From: an uncultured Candidatus Saccharibacteria bacterium
GTDB taxonomy: Bacteria > Patescibacteriota > Minisyncoccia > Minisyncoccales > Staskawiczbacteraceae
Direction: 5' to 3'
NCBI GenBank assembly: GCA_964475855.1
Contig: CAYZAV010000004.1
Location: forward strand, 1-61,131
DNA: 61,131 nt
Within the stretch, counting starts at the first letter, position 1, and the number at the start of each line of letters is the position of its first letter. The notes beneath the pieces were generated by a model. That model did no database searches and was not told the origin of the DNA. It worked only from the letters and a program-made list of their open reading frames with translations. Below are positions 1-8,452 of this stretch, in pieces. The position numbers and the translations under genes were made by a program.

Positions 1-762
1 CTTTTTTCCAGCTTCCCCTTTGCCTTCCATTTCTATAGCTTGGTTGTTATCAATACCGGCCGGAATAGTTACATTAATAGTTTCGTCACCTTTTACACGG
101 CCTTCGCCTCGGCATACATTGCAGGGCTTTTCGGGTTTCGTTCCCTCTCCTTTGCATTCAGGACAGGTGGCAAAAGCGGTGTAGCTGCCTAAGATGGTGC
201 GCTTTACCTGCTGTACCTGGCCCTGGCCACGGCAGGAAAAACATTCATGTACTTTGGTACCCGGTTCTGCCCCGTTGCCTACACAACGGCTGCAGACGAT
301 TAACTTGTTAAGTGTAATCTGTCGCACAATAGAATTAAGCGTGTCTTCCAAAGCAATTTCCAAATCTACCTGGATGTCTTTGCCTTTTTTTATATCTTTC
401 TTGCGCGTGGCTCGACCACCCCCTCCGCCAAATGAAAAAAAGTTTTCAAAAATATCGCCCAAGTCTTCGGGGTCAAAGTTTTGTCTCCCTTCGGGAGATC
501 CTCCGTAGGGGGACCATGCCCAATTAAAATCTTGCGCGCCAGCACCTGCTCCGCCGCCTTGATCAAACGTACGGCCAAATTGGTCATACTGCTGGCGTTT
601 TTCCTGGTTGCTTAAAACCTGATAAGCTTCGTTTATCTCTTTAAATTTCTTTTCATCTCCGCCTTTATCAGGGTGGTACTTATGAGCCAATTTATGAAAG
701 GCTTTTTTTATTTCGTCTTGGGATGCTTGCTTAGTTACCCCAAGAATTTCGTAATAGTCCAT
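1..762 (-). CDS. dnaJ: Chaperone DnaJ, N-terminal 254 codons (C-terminus runs off the window)
   Basis: My translation from the ATG at 762 gives MDYYEILGV...[15 protein letters not shown] (J domain with HPD), a G-rich linker, then CxxCxGxG zinc-finger repeats. It is absent from the ORF track because no stop lies in the window. Confidence 0.9.
   Translation of the reverse strand, partial: MDYYEILGVTKQASQDEIKKAFHKLAHKYHPDKGGDEKKFKEINEAYQVLSNQEKRQQYDQFGRTFDQGGGAGAGAQDFNWAWSPYGGSPEGRQNFDPEDLGDIFENFFSFGGGGGRATRKKDIKKGKDIQVDLEIALEDTLNSIVRQITLNKLIVCSRCVGNGAEPGTKVHECFSCRGQGQVQQVKRTILGSYTAFATCPECKGEGTKPEKPCNVCRGEGRVKGDETINVTIPAGIDNNQAIEMEGKGEAGKK
320..331 (+). repeat. TGTCGCACAATA copy 1 (inside dnaJ, antisense to it)
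   Basis: Exact 12-mer. Confidence 0.95.
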
Positions 763-764
763 GT

Positions 765-792
765 TTGACAAAGTTATATATTATGCTATACT
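765..792 (+). promoter_or_regulatory. sigma70-like promoter, TTGACA-16 nt-TATACT
   Basis: TTGACA at 765-770 and TATACT at 787-792, upstream of the small + ORF at 823. Confidence 0.5.
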
Positions 793-822
793 TATTGCAG
801 TAATCTTTTCACAGGAGGCCAT

Positions 823-978
823 ATGGCTGAAGAACGTAAAGAATTCGAGAAGACCGCTGAAGAAAAAGCGAAGGAGCTCAAAGAGCTTGAGCGAAGCATT
901 GAAGAGCAAGAGGCTGCAAAACAGCGACAAAGGGATTTTCGACCCGATTACTCAGAGTTCTGGGATCGAGTTTACTAA
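823..978 (+). CDS. Small charged protein (51 aa) antisense-embedded between dnaK and dnaJ
   Basis: AGGAGG sits 4 nt before the ATG. Product MAEERKEFEKTAEEKAKELKELERSIEEQEAAKQRQRDFRPDYSEFWDRVY. It has its own promoter and a downstream hairpin with T-run. Too short for the ORF track. Confidence 0.45.
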   Translation: MAEERKEFEKTAEEKAKELKELERSIEEQEAAKQRQRDFRPDYSEFWDRVY

Positions 979-990
979 TCTCCTTGTTTG

Positions 991-1029
991 GGGCGCCGCA
1001 AGTCAATTTGACCCGGCGCCTATTTTTTT
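991..1029 (+). terminator. Rho-independent terminator overlapping the dnaK stop
   Basis: GGCGCCG (992-998) pairs with CGGCGCC (1014-1020), followed by T8 (1022-1029). Confidence 0.6.
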
Positions 1030-2921
1030 TCTTTGAACTCTCCCTCCTCTGCTTTCGGCTGGTCTTCCTGTTTTGGCGCTTCTGCATCCTTTGACGCATC
1101 TGGAGTCTGTGTTTTATACAACTCTGCGCCGATTTTTTGCATGTGTTCTGACAAATCTTTTGTTGCAGCTTTTATAGTATCAATATTGTCAGATTTCTGT
1201 GCTTCTTTCAATACAGCCAGTTTTTCCTCGGCTGTTTTTTTCATATCGGCATTAACTTTTTCACCGGCGTCTTTTAGCGTCTTTTCCGTAGTATAAACCA
1301 TGGCATCGGCCAAGTTTTTGGTTTCAATGCTTTCCTGCTTTTTCTTGTCTTCGGCGGCATGTAGTTCGGCATCTTTTTTCATTTTTTCTACTTCTTCTTT
1401 GCTCAAACCGGCTGAGCCTTCAATTTTAATGCTTTGGGTTTTTCCACTGGCCTTGTCTTTGGCGGAAACATTTAAAATACCATTGGCGTCAATGTCAAAG
1501 CTTACCTCAATCTGTGGCACACCGCGCGGGGCTGGCGGAATGCCATCTAGCATAAACCTGCCTAATGTTTTGTTATCGGCGGCCATAGGGCGCTCGCCCT
1601 GTAGTACATGGATTTCCACACCTGGCTGACTATCTGCCGCGGTTGAAAATATTTGTGTTTTCCCAGTTGGCACGGTGGTATTTTTGGCGATTAAAATAGT
1701 ATCAACCCCGCCCATGGTTTCAATGCCAAGGCTCAAAGGTGTAACGTCTAACAGTAGCACGTCTTTTACGTTGCCCTGCATAATGCCGCCCTGCACAGCC
1801 GCTCCAATGGCTACCACCTCATCTGGGTTTACTTCTTTGTTGGGTTCTTTGCCAAACAGTTTTTTTACCTCTTCAATAATTTTTGGCATGCGCGTTTGCC
1901 CGCCCACCATGACCACTTCGTTAATTTCGCTGGCTGCCAAACCCGCTTCTTTTAGGGTCTGCTTTACCAGTTCAATAGATTTTTCAATGTATTCCCCTAC
2001 CATGTTTTCAAACTGGGCGCGGCTTAACTTTTGCAACAAATGCTGCGGGCCATCGGCGCCGCTGGTAATAAACGGCAAATTAATTTCTGTTTCCATGCTA
2101 CTAGATAATTCAATCTTAGCCTTTTCAGAAGCTTCTTTAATGCGCTGCAAAGCCAAATTATCTTTTTGCAAATCAATGCCGTTATTTTTTTTGAATTCCG
2201 CCACTACCCATTCCATGATGCGCTGGTCAATGTCGTCGCCGCCCAAATGAGTGTCACCGCCGGTGGCTTTTACCATTACCGATTGTTCGTCACCCTCCAT
2301 GCCCATTTCAAGCACGGTAATATCAAACGTTCCGCCACCAAAATCATACACTACAATTTTTTCATTTTTTTTCTTGGTTAGGCCATACGCCAAAGCCGCC
2401 GCGGTTGGTTCGTTGATAACGCGTTTTACGTTAAACCCGGCAATTTCCCCGGCAATTTTAGTGGCCTTGCGTTGACTGTCGTCAAAATACGCCGGGCAGG
2501 TAATGATTGCATCAGTAATAGTTTCGCCTAGCTTGGCTTCCGCATCAGCTTTTAATTTTTGCAAAATCATAGCCGAAATTTCAGCGGGGTTTAACCACTT
2601 GTCTCCCATCTTAACATCAACTCCGCCGTCGGCTGATTCTTTAATTTCATACGGCAAATTCTTTTTATCCCGCTGTACCTCGGCGTCGCTAAACTTGCGG
2701 CCGATTAATCGTTTTACCGAAAAAATCGTATTGGTCGGGTTGGTCACCGATTGCCTTTTAGCCAACACACCCACTACGCGCTCCCCCGTCTTGGTGATGG
2801 CAACAACGGAAGGCGTAGTCCGCGATCCTTCTTTGTTTTCAATAATTTTGGGCTCCCCATTCTCCACCACTGCCATGGCGCTATTTGTTGTCCCCAAATC
2901 GATTCCTAATATTTTGGTCAT
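1020..2921 (-). CDS. dnaK: Chaperone DnaK (Hsp70)
   Basis: 633 aa. Contains [27 protein letters not shown] and the EEVD-less acidic tail typical of bacterial Hsp70. Confidence 0.97.
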   Translation of the reverse strand: MTKILGIDLGTTNSAMAVVENGEPKIIENKEGSRTTPSVVAITKTGERVVGVLAKRQSVTNPTNTIFSVKRLIGRKFSDAEVQRDKKNLPYEIKESADGGVDVKMGDKWLNPAEISAMILQKLKADAEAKLGETITDAIITCPAYFDDSQRKATKIAGEIAGFNVKRVINEPTAAALAYGLTKKKNEKIVVYDFGGGTFDITVLEMGMEGDEQSVMVKATGGDTHLGGDDIDQRIMEWVVAEFKKNNGIDLQKDNLALQRIKEASEKAKIELSSSMETEINLPFITSGADGPQHLLQKLSRAQFENMVGEYIEKSIELVKQTLKEAGLAASEINEVVMVGGQTRMPKIIEEVKKLFGKEPNKEVNPDEVVAIGAAVQGGIMQGNVKDVLLLDVTPLSLGIETMGGVDTILIAKNTTVPTGKTQIFSTAADSQPGVEIHVLQGERPMAADNKTLGRFMLDGIPPAPRGVPQIEVSFDIDANGILNVSAKDKASGKTQSIKIEGSAGLSKEEVEKMKKDAELHAAEDKKKQESIETKNLADAMVYTTEKTLKDAGEKVNADMKKTAEEKLAVLKEAQKSDNIDTIKAATKDLSEHMQKIGAELYKTQTPDASKDAEAPKQEDQPKAEEGEFKEKK

Positions 2922-3012
2922 GAATTGCTGAGCAGAGCGAAGAAATTCACCTCGAAAATTAGGCTTAAGTAAATAGTATACCTTGAGGCCTAATTTGCGC
3001 GGGATACCTTGC
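2922..3012 (-). repeat. Copy A of a conserved 91-nt structured 5' leader, directly abutting the dnaK ATG
   Basis: Aligns base-for-base with 52543-52633 and 60313-60403. Contains GAGGTGA (SD-like) followed by a hairpin that ends at the start codon. Confidence 0.8.
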
Positions 3013-3019
3013 TCTCTTT

Positions 3020-3778
3020 TTATTTAATAAAATTACTTTCCTTCAAAAAATCTTGTATGTTGGACATGCTAATTCCAATAGAAAGTGACGCGGTTACGTT
3101 TGGAGGCAGTTGCCAGGAATTAAACCCATGCACCCAGCCGATTACTTTTCCGTTTGCGGGAGATAAAATTGGGCTTCCACTGCATCCGGGGAAAAAGAGC
3201 TGGTCAACTTCAAATAAGTTAATCCCGTGCATGGTTGCTGTTGTTTCAACGCCATCCGGATTGGTGAATTTATACTGGTTGTTTTTACTATATTTGGTGA
3301 CAATATTCCCCTTAAATAATCGGGGTGTGATACTAAAATCTCCCAACGTGCCGGCGCTAATCCACTCAACCGGAAGCCCCATTTCCGATGAATTACTGTC
3401 AAAATCCAGCTCCAAGCCTTCAATATCCAAGAGTCCCATTTTTTCCGCTGCTTTAGGATCGATAGAAGTGTCTATGGTAAGCACGGCCAAATCCACCTCC
3501 GGTTTAAATACAATTTTTTTGGCTTTCAAAAAAGTAATTTCAAATTTTCCAAGGTCAAAATCTTTGGCATTGCTGTCGCTGCGCTTGATTAATGCGTATG
3601 AAATATTGCCATCGTTATGTTCTGTCCCCTCCCCAACTACATGATTGCACGTCAGTACATATAAGGGATTTGTGTTTATGATAAACCCGGTGCCAACCAC
3701 GCGCGCGTTATTTTCTTTTAGTCGGTTGTCTATCCGCAAAATCCCAAACACATTTTTATATATTTCTAAGGGTTTCAT
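3020..3778 (-). CDS. Trypsin-like (S1 family) serine protease
   Basis: His in LTCNHVV, Asp in DLAVL, Ser in GCSGSPI. Inserted between grpE and dnaK. Confidence 0.75.
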   Translation of the reverse strand: MKPLEIYKNVFGILRIDNRLKENNARVVGTGFIINTNPLYVLTCNHVVGEGTEHNDGNISYALIKRSDSNAKDFDLGKFEITFLKAKKIVFKPEVDLAVLTIDTSIDPKAAEKMGLLDIEGLELDFDSNSSEMGLPVEWISAGTLGDFSITPRLFKGNIVTKYSKNNQYKFTNPDGVETTATMHGINLFEVDQLFFPGCSGSPILSPANGKVIGWVHGFNSWQLPPNVTASLSIGISMSNIQDFLKESNFIK

Positions 3779-3780
3779 GG

Positions 3781-4233
3781 TTATTTTGTAACACTTACTT
3801 TTACTGGCCTAATTACTTTATCACCTATTTTATAGCCTTTCTGGATTTCTTCGGCCACCATTCCAGGCTTTATGCCTTCGCCATCTACTTCGGTCATAAC
3901 TTCCATAGTCGCGGGATTAAACGGTTCGCCCAAGGTCTTAATTTCTTCAATCCCCTCTTTTTTTAAAAATTCCAGGATCTGTTTTTCTATTTGCGTAAAC
4001 CCGTCTTTTCCAAACGCCGCGGCCGCCAAATATATACTATCCAGAACCGGTAATATATTAGAAAACGTACCCTCTTTGGCGTAGCCCACTAACATTCCAG
4101 CACGTTCTATTTCCCCTTTTTTGTAGTTTATTAAATCCGCCGCCGCACGCTTCCAGTTGTTTAGATATTCATCCATGTTCTTTTTGGTTTCTTCTAGCTC
4201 AGTATTGGGTTGGTTGTTTTGTGGATCTTCCAT
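3781..4233 (-). CDS. grpE: Nucleotide exchange factor GrpE
   Basis: YLNNWKRAAADLINYKK...GEPFNPATMEVM...GYKIGDKVIRPVKVSV. The start is probably MEDPQ at 4233; the track's upstream extension (to 4275) lies in a palindrome. Confidence 0.88.
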   Translation of the reverse strand: MEDPQNNQPNTELEETKKNMDEYLNNWKRAAADLINYKKGEIERAGMLVGYAKEGTFSNILPVLDSIYLAAAAFGKDGFTQIEKQILEFLKKEGIEEIKTLGEPFNPATMEVMTEVDGEGIKPGMVAEEIQKGYKIGDKVIRPVKVSVTK

Positions 4234-4247
4234 ATATTCTAAATTTA

Positions 4248-4335
4248 CAATATACAATACACAATTTACAAACAAATTCTAATTTAGAAATTCGAAATTA
4301 AAAATATTAGGTATTGTTTGTAAATTGTATATTGT
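4248..4335. repeat. Long AT-rich inverted repeat between hrcA and grpE
   Basis: ACAATTTACAAACA (4261-4274) pairs with TGTTTGTAAATTGT (4315-4328), a perfect 14-bp match. It is extended by CAATATACAAT / ATTGTATATTG. Both strands yield ORFs beginning MFVNC because of this symmetry. Confidence 0.8.
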
Positions 4336-4347
4336 TAATTGTTTATT

Positions 4348-4848
4348 TTAAAAGCTCTCTAATTCCCGTAACAATTCCTCCATCAAATTCACATTTCGGC
4401 TGTACGTGTTGCGTGAAGGGCCGAGTATGGCCAGAATGTTTAAAATATCTTCTTTGCGGTATAAATTTGGTTGCTCAAGTACCCGGGAAATTTCTTGTAG
4501 CGATGTTACTAAATCTTGCGCCATGACCAGCTCTTTGTCTATCTTTTGTTTGGCGGCCTGGATTTCTTTGGCAATATAGCCGGGCATTTCTTCGTTACTG
4601 GCATCCGTAAACGTGATTTCAATAAACAGCTGGTAACCCTTGTTGGTTGGCACGCGGCCGGCTGAAGTATGTGGTTGCGCCAGATATCCGCTTTCGGCTA
4701 ATGTTTGTAATTCATTCCGGATAGTAGCCGGAGAAATATTAAAACCGAGTTTGTTTTTTAATGACTCGGAACTGATAGGTTCGGCGTGGCCGATATATTC
4801 CCTGACCAGCAATTGTAAGATTTCTTTTTGGCGTTCGCTAAGTTCCAT
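4348..4848 (-). CDS. hrcA: Heat-inducible repressor HrcA, short form (166 aa)
   Basis: N-terminal winged-helix sequence ERQKEILQLLVREYIGHAEPISSESL...ISPATIRNEL..LAESGYL.QPHTSAGRVPT. About half the usual HrcA length. Confidence 0.8.
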   Translation of the reverse strand: MELSERQKEILQLLVREYIGHAEPISSESLKNKLGFNISPATIRNELQTLAESGYLAQPHTSAGRVPTNKGYQLFIEITFTDASNEEMPGYIAKEIQAAKQKIDKELVMAQDLVTSLQEISRVLEQPNLYRKEDILNILAILGPSRNTYSRNVNLMEELLRELESF

Positions 4849-4856
4849 ATAACTCC

Positions 4857-4885
4857 ATATTAAGGAATTAGCAGACTGCTGTCAA
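4857..4885 (-). promoter_or_regulatory. hrcA promoter, TTGACA-17 nt-TAATAT
   Basis: -35 at 4880-4885 (inside the CIRCE spacer) and -10 at 4857-4862. Only 8 nt separate the -10 from the ATG. Confidence 0.6.
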
Positions 4886-4894
4886 GAGTGCTAA
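4868..4894. promoter_or_regulatory. CIRCE operator (HrcA binding site)
   Basis: TTAGCAGAC-N9-GAGTGCTAA versus consensus TTAGCACTC-N9-GAGTGCTAA. The right half is perfect; the left half has 2 mismatches. Confidence 0.75.
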
Positions 4895-4925
4895 AAACTC
4901 CGCTAGGTAAGACCTAGTGGAGTTT
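4893..4925 (-). terminator. Hairpin plus T-run just upstream of CIRCE
   Basis: Minus strand reads AAACTCCACTAGGT-CTT-ACCTAGCGGAGTTTTT. Confidence 0.5.
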
Positions 4926-4942
4926 GAGGAAAGTTATTTTAT

Positions 4943-5152
4943 AAAAAAAGGAGGAGTGCCGAGTAAATCCTCCTTGAGGCCAATCGGCCGTATAAATGGG
5001 GGGAATACTGGCACTCCATAGTGAGGGGCAAATCCTTTGCCCCATGCGGCCGCTATGGCCGAGATAAGGTGCAATCACCTTCCTTTCCGGGTTGGAGACT
5101 CATGTAAGTCCTCCTTTCGGTTTAGGGGGTTTTTGGAATCCTTTCCACTATG
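4943..5152 (-). ncRNA. Candidate structured RNA or structured msrB 3' UTR, class unknown
   Basis: GC-richer than its flanks and no ORF. Several local hairpins: GGTGATTGCACC, CGGCCATAGCGGCCG, GGGGCAAAGGATTTGCCCC, GGCCGATTGGCC. Long-range GGAGTGCC/GGCACTCC pairing. Ends in GGAGGA-N12-TCCTCC plus T7. Confidence 0.3.
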
Positions 5153-5548
5153 TTAATCTTTTTTATTTTGTAAGTCCAGACATACGGAGTTAATGCAATA
5201 CCGCTTGCCCGTTTCCGTTGGGCCATCGTCAAATACGTGGCCTAAATGGGATTTACAATTTGAACAAATAATTTCGGTTCGCCCGTCCGTTTCTTGCTTA
5301 TATTCCACCGACCCTTCTACGGGTTTATCAAAACTCGGCCAGCCCGTGCCACTGTCAAATTGGGCGTCAGACGTAAATAGCGGGTTCTCGCACACCATGC
5401 ACACATAGTTTCCATCTGTTGCTCTACCTGCCCTGAGCGTAGTCGAAGGGTGCACATACTTACCGGTAAAAGGGCGTTCGGTCCCCTTTTCACGAAGGAC
5501 ATGATATTGCTCGGGAGTTAATTTTTGTTTTAATTCTTCTTCATTCAT
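5153..5548 (-). CDS. msrB: Peptide-methionine (R)-S-oxide reductase MsrB
   Basis: SelR fold with CxxC...CxxC zinc site (CMVC, CSNC) and [13 protein letters not shown]. Confidence 0.9.
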   Translation of the reverse strand: MNEEELKQKLTPEQYHVLREKGTERPFTGKYVHPSTTLRAGRATDGNYVCMVCENPLFTSDAQFDSGTGWPSFDKPVEGSVEYKQETDGRTEIICSNCKSHLGHVFDDGPTETGKRYCINSVCLDLQNKKD

Positions 5549-5734
5549 GGTTTTTTGATAAGTTAGAAAATTATTTTTGGACTTTTTTAAACAATTGTCA
5601 TTATTGTATCATAACGGACTAAAGAAAAAAGGAGACCATATTCATAAGTAATTCATGATTGGATGTGTATCATGGTTAAATATGTATTATTATAGGTAAT
5701 TACATTTTCATACGACGTATATCTAAAGAAACAT

Positions 5735-7387
5735 ATGAACAAAAAAGCTATTATTTCCGCATCTAATAACGCAATTTTCAAACTCAAAGTTTTGGCCAAA
5801 GAAAAAGAAAGCATCAGGCGTAAATTAGTGGTAATAGCCGGGGAACTTCGCCGTAAAGCTAAGCAATTGGCCGTGACGGCCAAACAACTTGCCAAAACCG
5901 CTAAGGAAAAGGAGGATACCAGAAGCAAACTGGCGATAACTGCTAAACAACTTGCGAAAACCGCCAAGGAGAAGGAGGAAGTTAGACGTAAGCTGGTAGT
6001 GACAGTAGAAGAAAAGGAAGATACTCGGAGCAAGCTAGCGGTGACAGCCAAGAAACTTGCGGTGACGGCAGAGGAAAAGGAAGATACCAGAAGCAAACTG
6101 GCGGTAACCGCTAAGCAACTTGCTATGACGGCAAAAGAGAAGGAGATTGTCAGGAGTAAGTTGGAGGTGACGGCAGGAGCACTGCGTCTGAAAGCTAGTC
6201 AACTTGCCATTATTGCTAAGGAAAAAGAAAGTGTCAGAAGTAAGTTGGAGGATACGGCAAAAGATCTTGCCTACGCTAAAGCCACCGATGAAGCGATGTT
6301 TGATAGTATTGGTGACGGGCTTTTGGCTACAGATGAAAAAGGAAGGATCACGTTGATAAATAAAACGGCTGAAACATTGCTCGGCAAGAAAAGTAACGCG
6401 GTCATGGGCAAGGTTTTTTCAAAAATCATTCTTCTGGAGGATGAAAAAGGCGCATCTATTCCGGCAGAGAACCATCCCATAAACTTAGCCTTGATATCTG
6501 GTACGACTGCTACTGGAGGGGGTCTTACCTATTACTACGCACGAAAAGACCAAACAAAATTTCCTCTGGCAATTATGGCGACTCCTATTATTATTGCCGG
6601 TAAAGTCATTGGAGCCATTAAAGTGTTTCGAGATATTACGGAAGAAAAAGAGATCGACAAAGCAAAAAGCGAGTTTGTATCTATTGCCTCTCACCAACTT
6701 AAAACTCCGGCAACCATTATCGGTTTATACGCAGAAATGTTGCTCAATGGCCCCGGTAGTGTTACCACAGCAAAGCAAAAAGAGCATATTAATGAGATTC
6801 GTAGTGCTAATTCTCGCATGATAGATCTTGTTAACACCTTGCTTAATGTTTCCCGTATAGAAATGGGTATTTTTTCGGTAAACCCAACGCCAGTAGATGT
6901 TATTGATGTGTTTAAAAATGTTATTAAAGAATCAGAGGCAAATTTCAAAGAAAAACGTATTATTCCCCAAGAAAAATATCACCAATTAACCCACGTAATA
7001 CCCATCGATAAATTATTACTGAACATTGTTTTTTCTAATTTAGTCTCTAACTCCATAAAATATACTTCTATGCGCGGGGTAATATCTATAGAAAGCTTAG
7101 AAGTAAAAAAAGGTGAGTACGTAAATAATAAAATGATAAAAGAAAACAGCTTATTGGTCAGTGTATCTGATAATGGCTGTGGTATTCCCACTGACCAGCA
7201 AGATAAGATTTTTACCAGGTTTTTCAGATCGGATAATGCACGCAGAGAACATACTGACGGTAATGGTCTTGGACTGTATATTATTAAATCAATTTTAGAT
7301 CATATTGGAGGCGATGTGTGGTTTTCATCGAAAGAAAAAGAAGGCACTACGTTTTATTTCACCGTCCCATTAACTATTAATGTATAA
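5735..7387 (+). CDS. Cytoplasmic sensor histidine kinase: repeat-rich coiled-coil N-terminus, PAS, HisKA, HATPase_c
   Basis: H-box SIASHQLKTP, N-box LVSNSIKYT, G-boxes DNGCGIP and GNGLGLY. No TM segment is evident. Confidence 0.85.
   Translation: MNKKAIISASNNAIFKLKVLAKEKESIRRKLVVIAGELRRKAKQLAVTAKQLAKTAKEKEDTRSKLAITAKQLAKTAKEKEEVRRKLVVTVEEKEDTRSKLAVTAKKLAVTAEEKEDTRSKLAVTAKQLAMTAKEKEIVRSKLEVTAGALRLKASQLAIIAKEKESVRSKLEDTAKDLAYAKATDEAMFDSIGDGLLATDEKGRITLINKTAETLLGKKSNAVMGKVFSKIILLEDEKGASIPAENHPINLALISGTTATGGGLTYYYARKDQTKFPLAIMATPIIIAGKVIGAIKVFRDITEEKEIDKAKSEFVSIASHQLKTPATIIGLYAEMLLNGPGSVTTAKQKEHINEIRSANSRMIDLVNTLLNVSRIEMGIFSVNPTPVDVIDVFKNVIKESEANFKEKRIIPQEKYHQLTHVIPIDKLLLNIVFSNLVSNSIKYTSMRGVISIESLEVKKGEYVNNKMIKENSLLVSVSDNGCGIPTDQQDKIFTRFFRSDNARREHTDGNGLGLYIIKSILDHIGGDVWFSSKEKEGTTFYFTVPLTINV
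5800..6270 (+). repeat. In-frame tandem coding repeats (about 66 nt / 22 aa, with an 11-residue sub-period)
   Basis: Iterated AKEKEDTRSKLAVTAKQLAKT units. They also create the spurious antisense ORF 5653..6096. Confidence 0.8.
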
Positions 7388-7781
7388 TGTCATGTTGGAT
7401 GATAAAAAAAAGACCATATTAATCGTTGAAGATGAGCGAGCATTGCTAGGGGTATATGCTGAGCAATTAACTGGGGAAGGATTTTCAGTCTTAAAAGCCA
7501 GTAATGGCCAAGAAGGACTTGATCTTGCGATCAAAGAAAAACCCGATCTTATTTTAACCGATATTTTAATGCCGGTGATGGATGGTTTAACGATGGTGCA
7601 AAAAATTCGTAAAGGTAATTCTTGGGGACACTCGGTGCCAATTATCCTTTTGACGAATTTAACGGTAGATGAGGAAAAGATTAAGGAGATAGTCACTCAA
7701 AATCAGCCGGTGTATTATTTTTCTAAATCCACTTTTACGCTGCAGAATATGGTAGAAAAAATAGAATCATCAATACTGTAG
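7380..7781 (+). CDS. Single-domain response regulator (receiver only)
   Basis: ILIVEDE...DLILTDILMPVMDG...PIILLTN. Overlaps the kinase stop by 8 nt. Confidence 0.85.
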   Translation: MYNVMLDDKKKTILIVEDERALLGVYAEQLTGEGFSVLKASNGQEGLDLAIKEKPDLILTDILMPVMDGLTMVQKIRKGNSWGHSVPIILLTNLTVDEEKIKEIVTQNQPVYYFSKSTFTLQNMVEKIESSIL

Positions 7782-7823
7782 TAAGTGTAAATAAAATAAG
7801 TATATCTTAAAATTACGAAATTT

Positions 7824-8363
7824 TTATTGTTTTTTTAGTAGATTTAAGAATTTTTCTTGTACTTTTTTCAATTTCGGATTTATTACCACTTGGCAGTAGC
7901 CCTGTTGTTTGTTATTTTCGTAGTAGTTTTTATGGTAATCTTCGGCGGGGTAAAATTTTTCTAGCATTGTTACTTCAGTGATAATCGGCGCACCGGCGGT
8001 CGCAGAAGTATTTAATTCTTCAATAAACTTTTTGCATACTATAATTTGCGCCTCGTTGTCGCACAATACAACTGACCGATATTGCGTACCCACATCATTT
8101 CCTTGGCGGTTTAATGTTGTTGGGTCATGTGAAGCAAAAAATATGGTTAGCAGAGTTTCTAGTGGCACAACATCAGCATCATAGTCTATTTTTATCACTT
8201 CGGCGTGGCCGGTATCGCCCCCGGAAATTTGTTCATAGGTTGGATTTGGTGTATCGCCCCCGGCATACCCTGGTTCAACTGAAATTACTCCGCGCAGCAT
8301 GTTAAAAACCGCTTCCGTACACCAAAAACATCCGCCGCCGAAAACAATCGTTTCTTGTTTCAT
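7824..8363 (-). CDS. msrA: Peptide-methionine (S)-S-oxide reductase MsrA
   Basis: GGGCFWC active site from the start MKQETIVFGGGCFWC. The track's longer 8435 start reads through a terminator hairpin. Confidence 0.9.
   Translation of the reverse strand: MKQETIVFGGGCFWCTEAVFNMLRGVISVEPGYAGGDTPNPTYEQISGGDTGHAEVIKIDYDADVVPLETLLTIFFASHDPTTLNRQGNDVGTQYRSVVLCDNEAQIIVCKKFIEELNTSATAGAPIITEVTMLEKFYPAEDYHKNYYENNKQQGYCQVVINPKLKKVQEKFLNLLKKQ
8057..8068 (+). repeat. TGTCGCACAATA copy 2 (inside msrA)
   Basis: Exact 12-mer. Confidence 0.95.
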
Positions 8364-8392
8364 GTGCTTATTATAACCCTGCCCGGCCAAAG

Positions 8393-8420
8393 AAAAAAGG
8401 GAGACCATGATGATCTCCCC
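8393..8420 (-). terminator. Terminator closing the island (left edge)
   Basis: Minus strand reads GGGAGA-TCATCATGG-TCTCCC followed by T6. Confidence 0.6.
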
Positions 8421-8452
8421 TCGTTGATTACCCAAACGGGTTTTTTAAGGTG

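Noticed and set aside
390-587. 65-aa minus-strand ORF inside the dnaJ region
   Set aside because: It is out of frame with the clear DnaJ translation that starts at 762.
1033-2931. Series of + strand ORFs (87-191 aa) across dnaK
   Set aside because: They are antisense to an unambiguous Hsp70 reading frame and have no start signals.
4943-5152. The structured segment as SRP RNA, RNase P RNA, tmRNA or 6S RNA
   Set aside because: I could not find the conserved cores by eye (GGAAGCAGCC / GCUGGCAGG for SRP; GAGGAAAGUCCGG for RNase P; a tRNA-like end and tag ORF for tmRNA). It is left as an unclassified candidate.
5653-6096. 147-aa minus-strand ORF opposite the kinase N-terminus
   Set aside because: It is a low-complexity mirror image of the in-frame tandem repeats (SSFS/LAVTAS). 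It has no SD. The + frame continues into PAS/HisKA/HATPase domains.
7824-8435. The longer msrA start at 8435 from the ORF track
   Set aside because: The extension reads through a terminator hairpin (8393-8420). The conserved MsrA sequence begins at MKQETIVFGGGCFWC (8363), directly behind a TATAAT.
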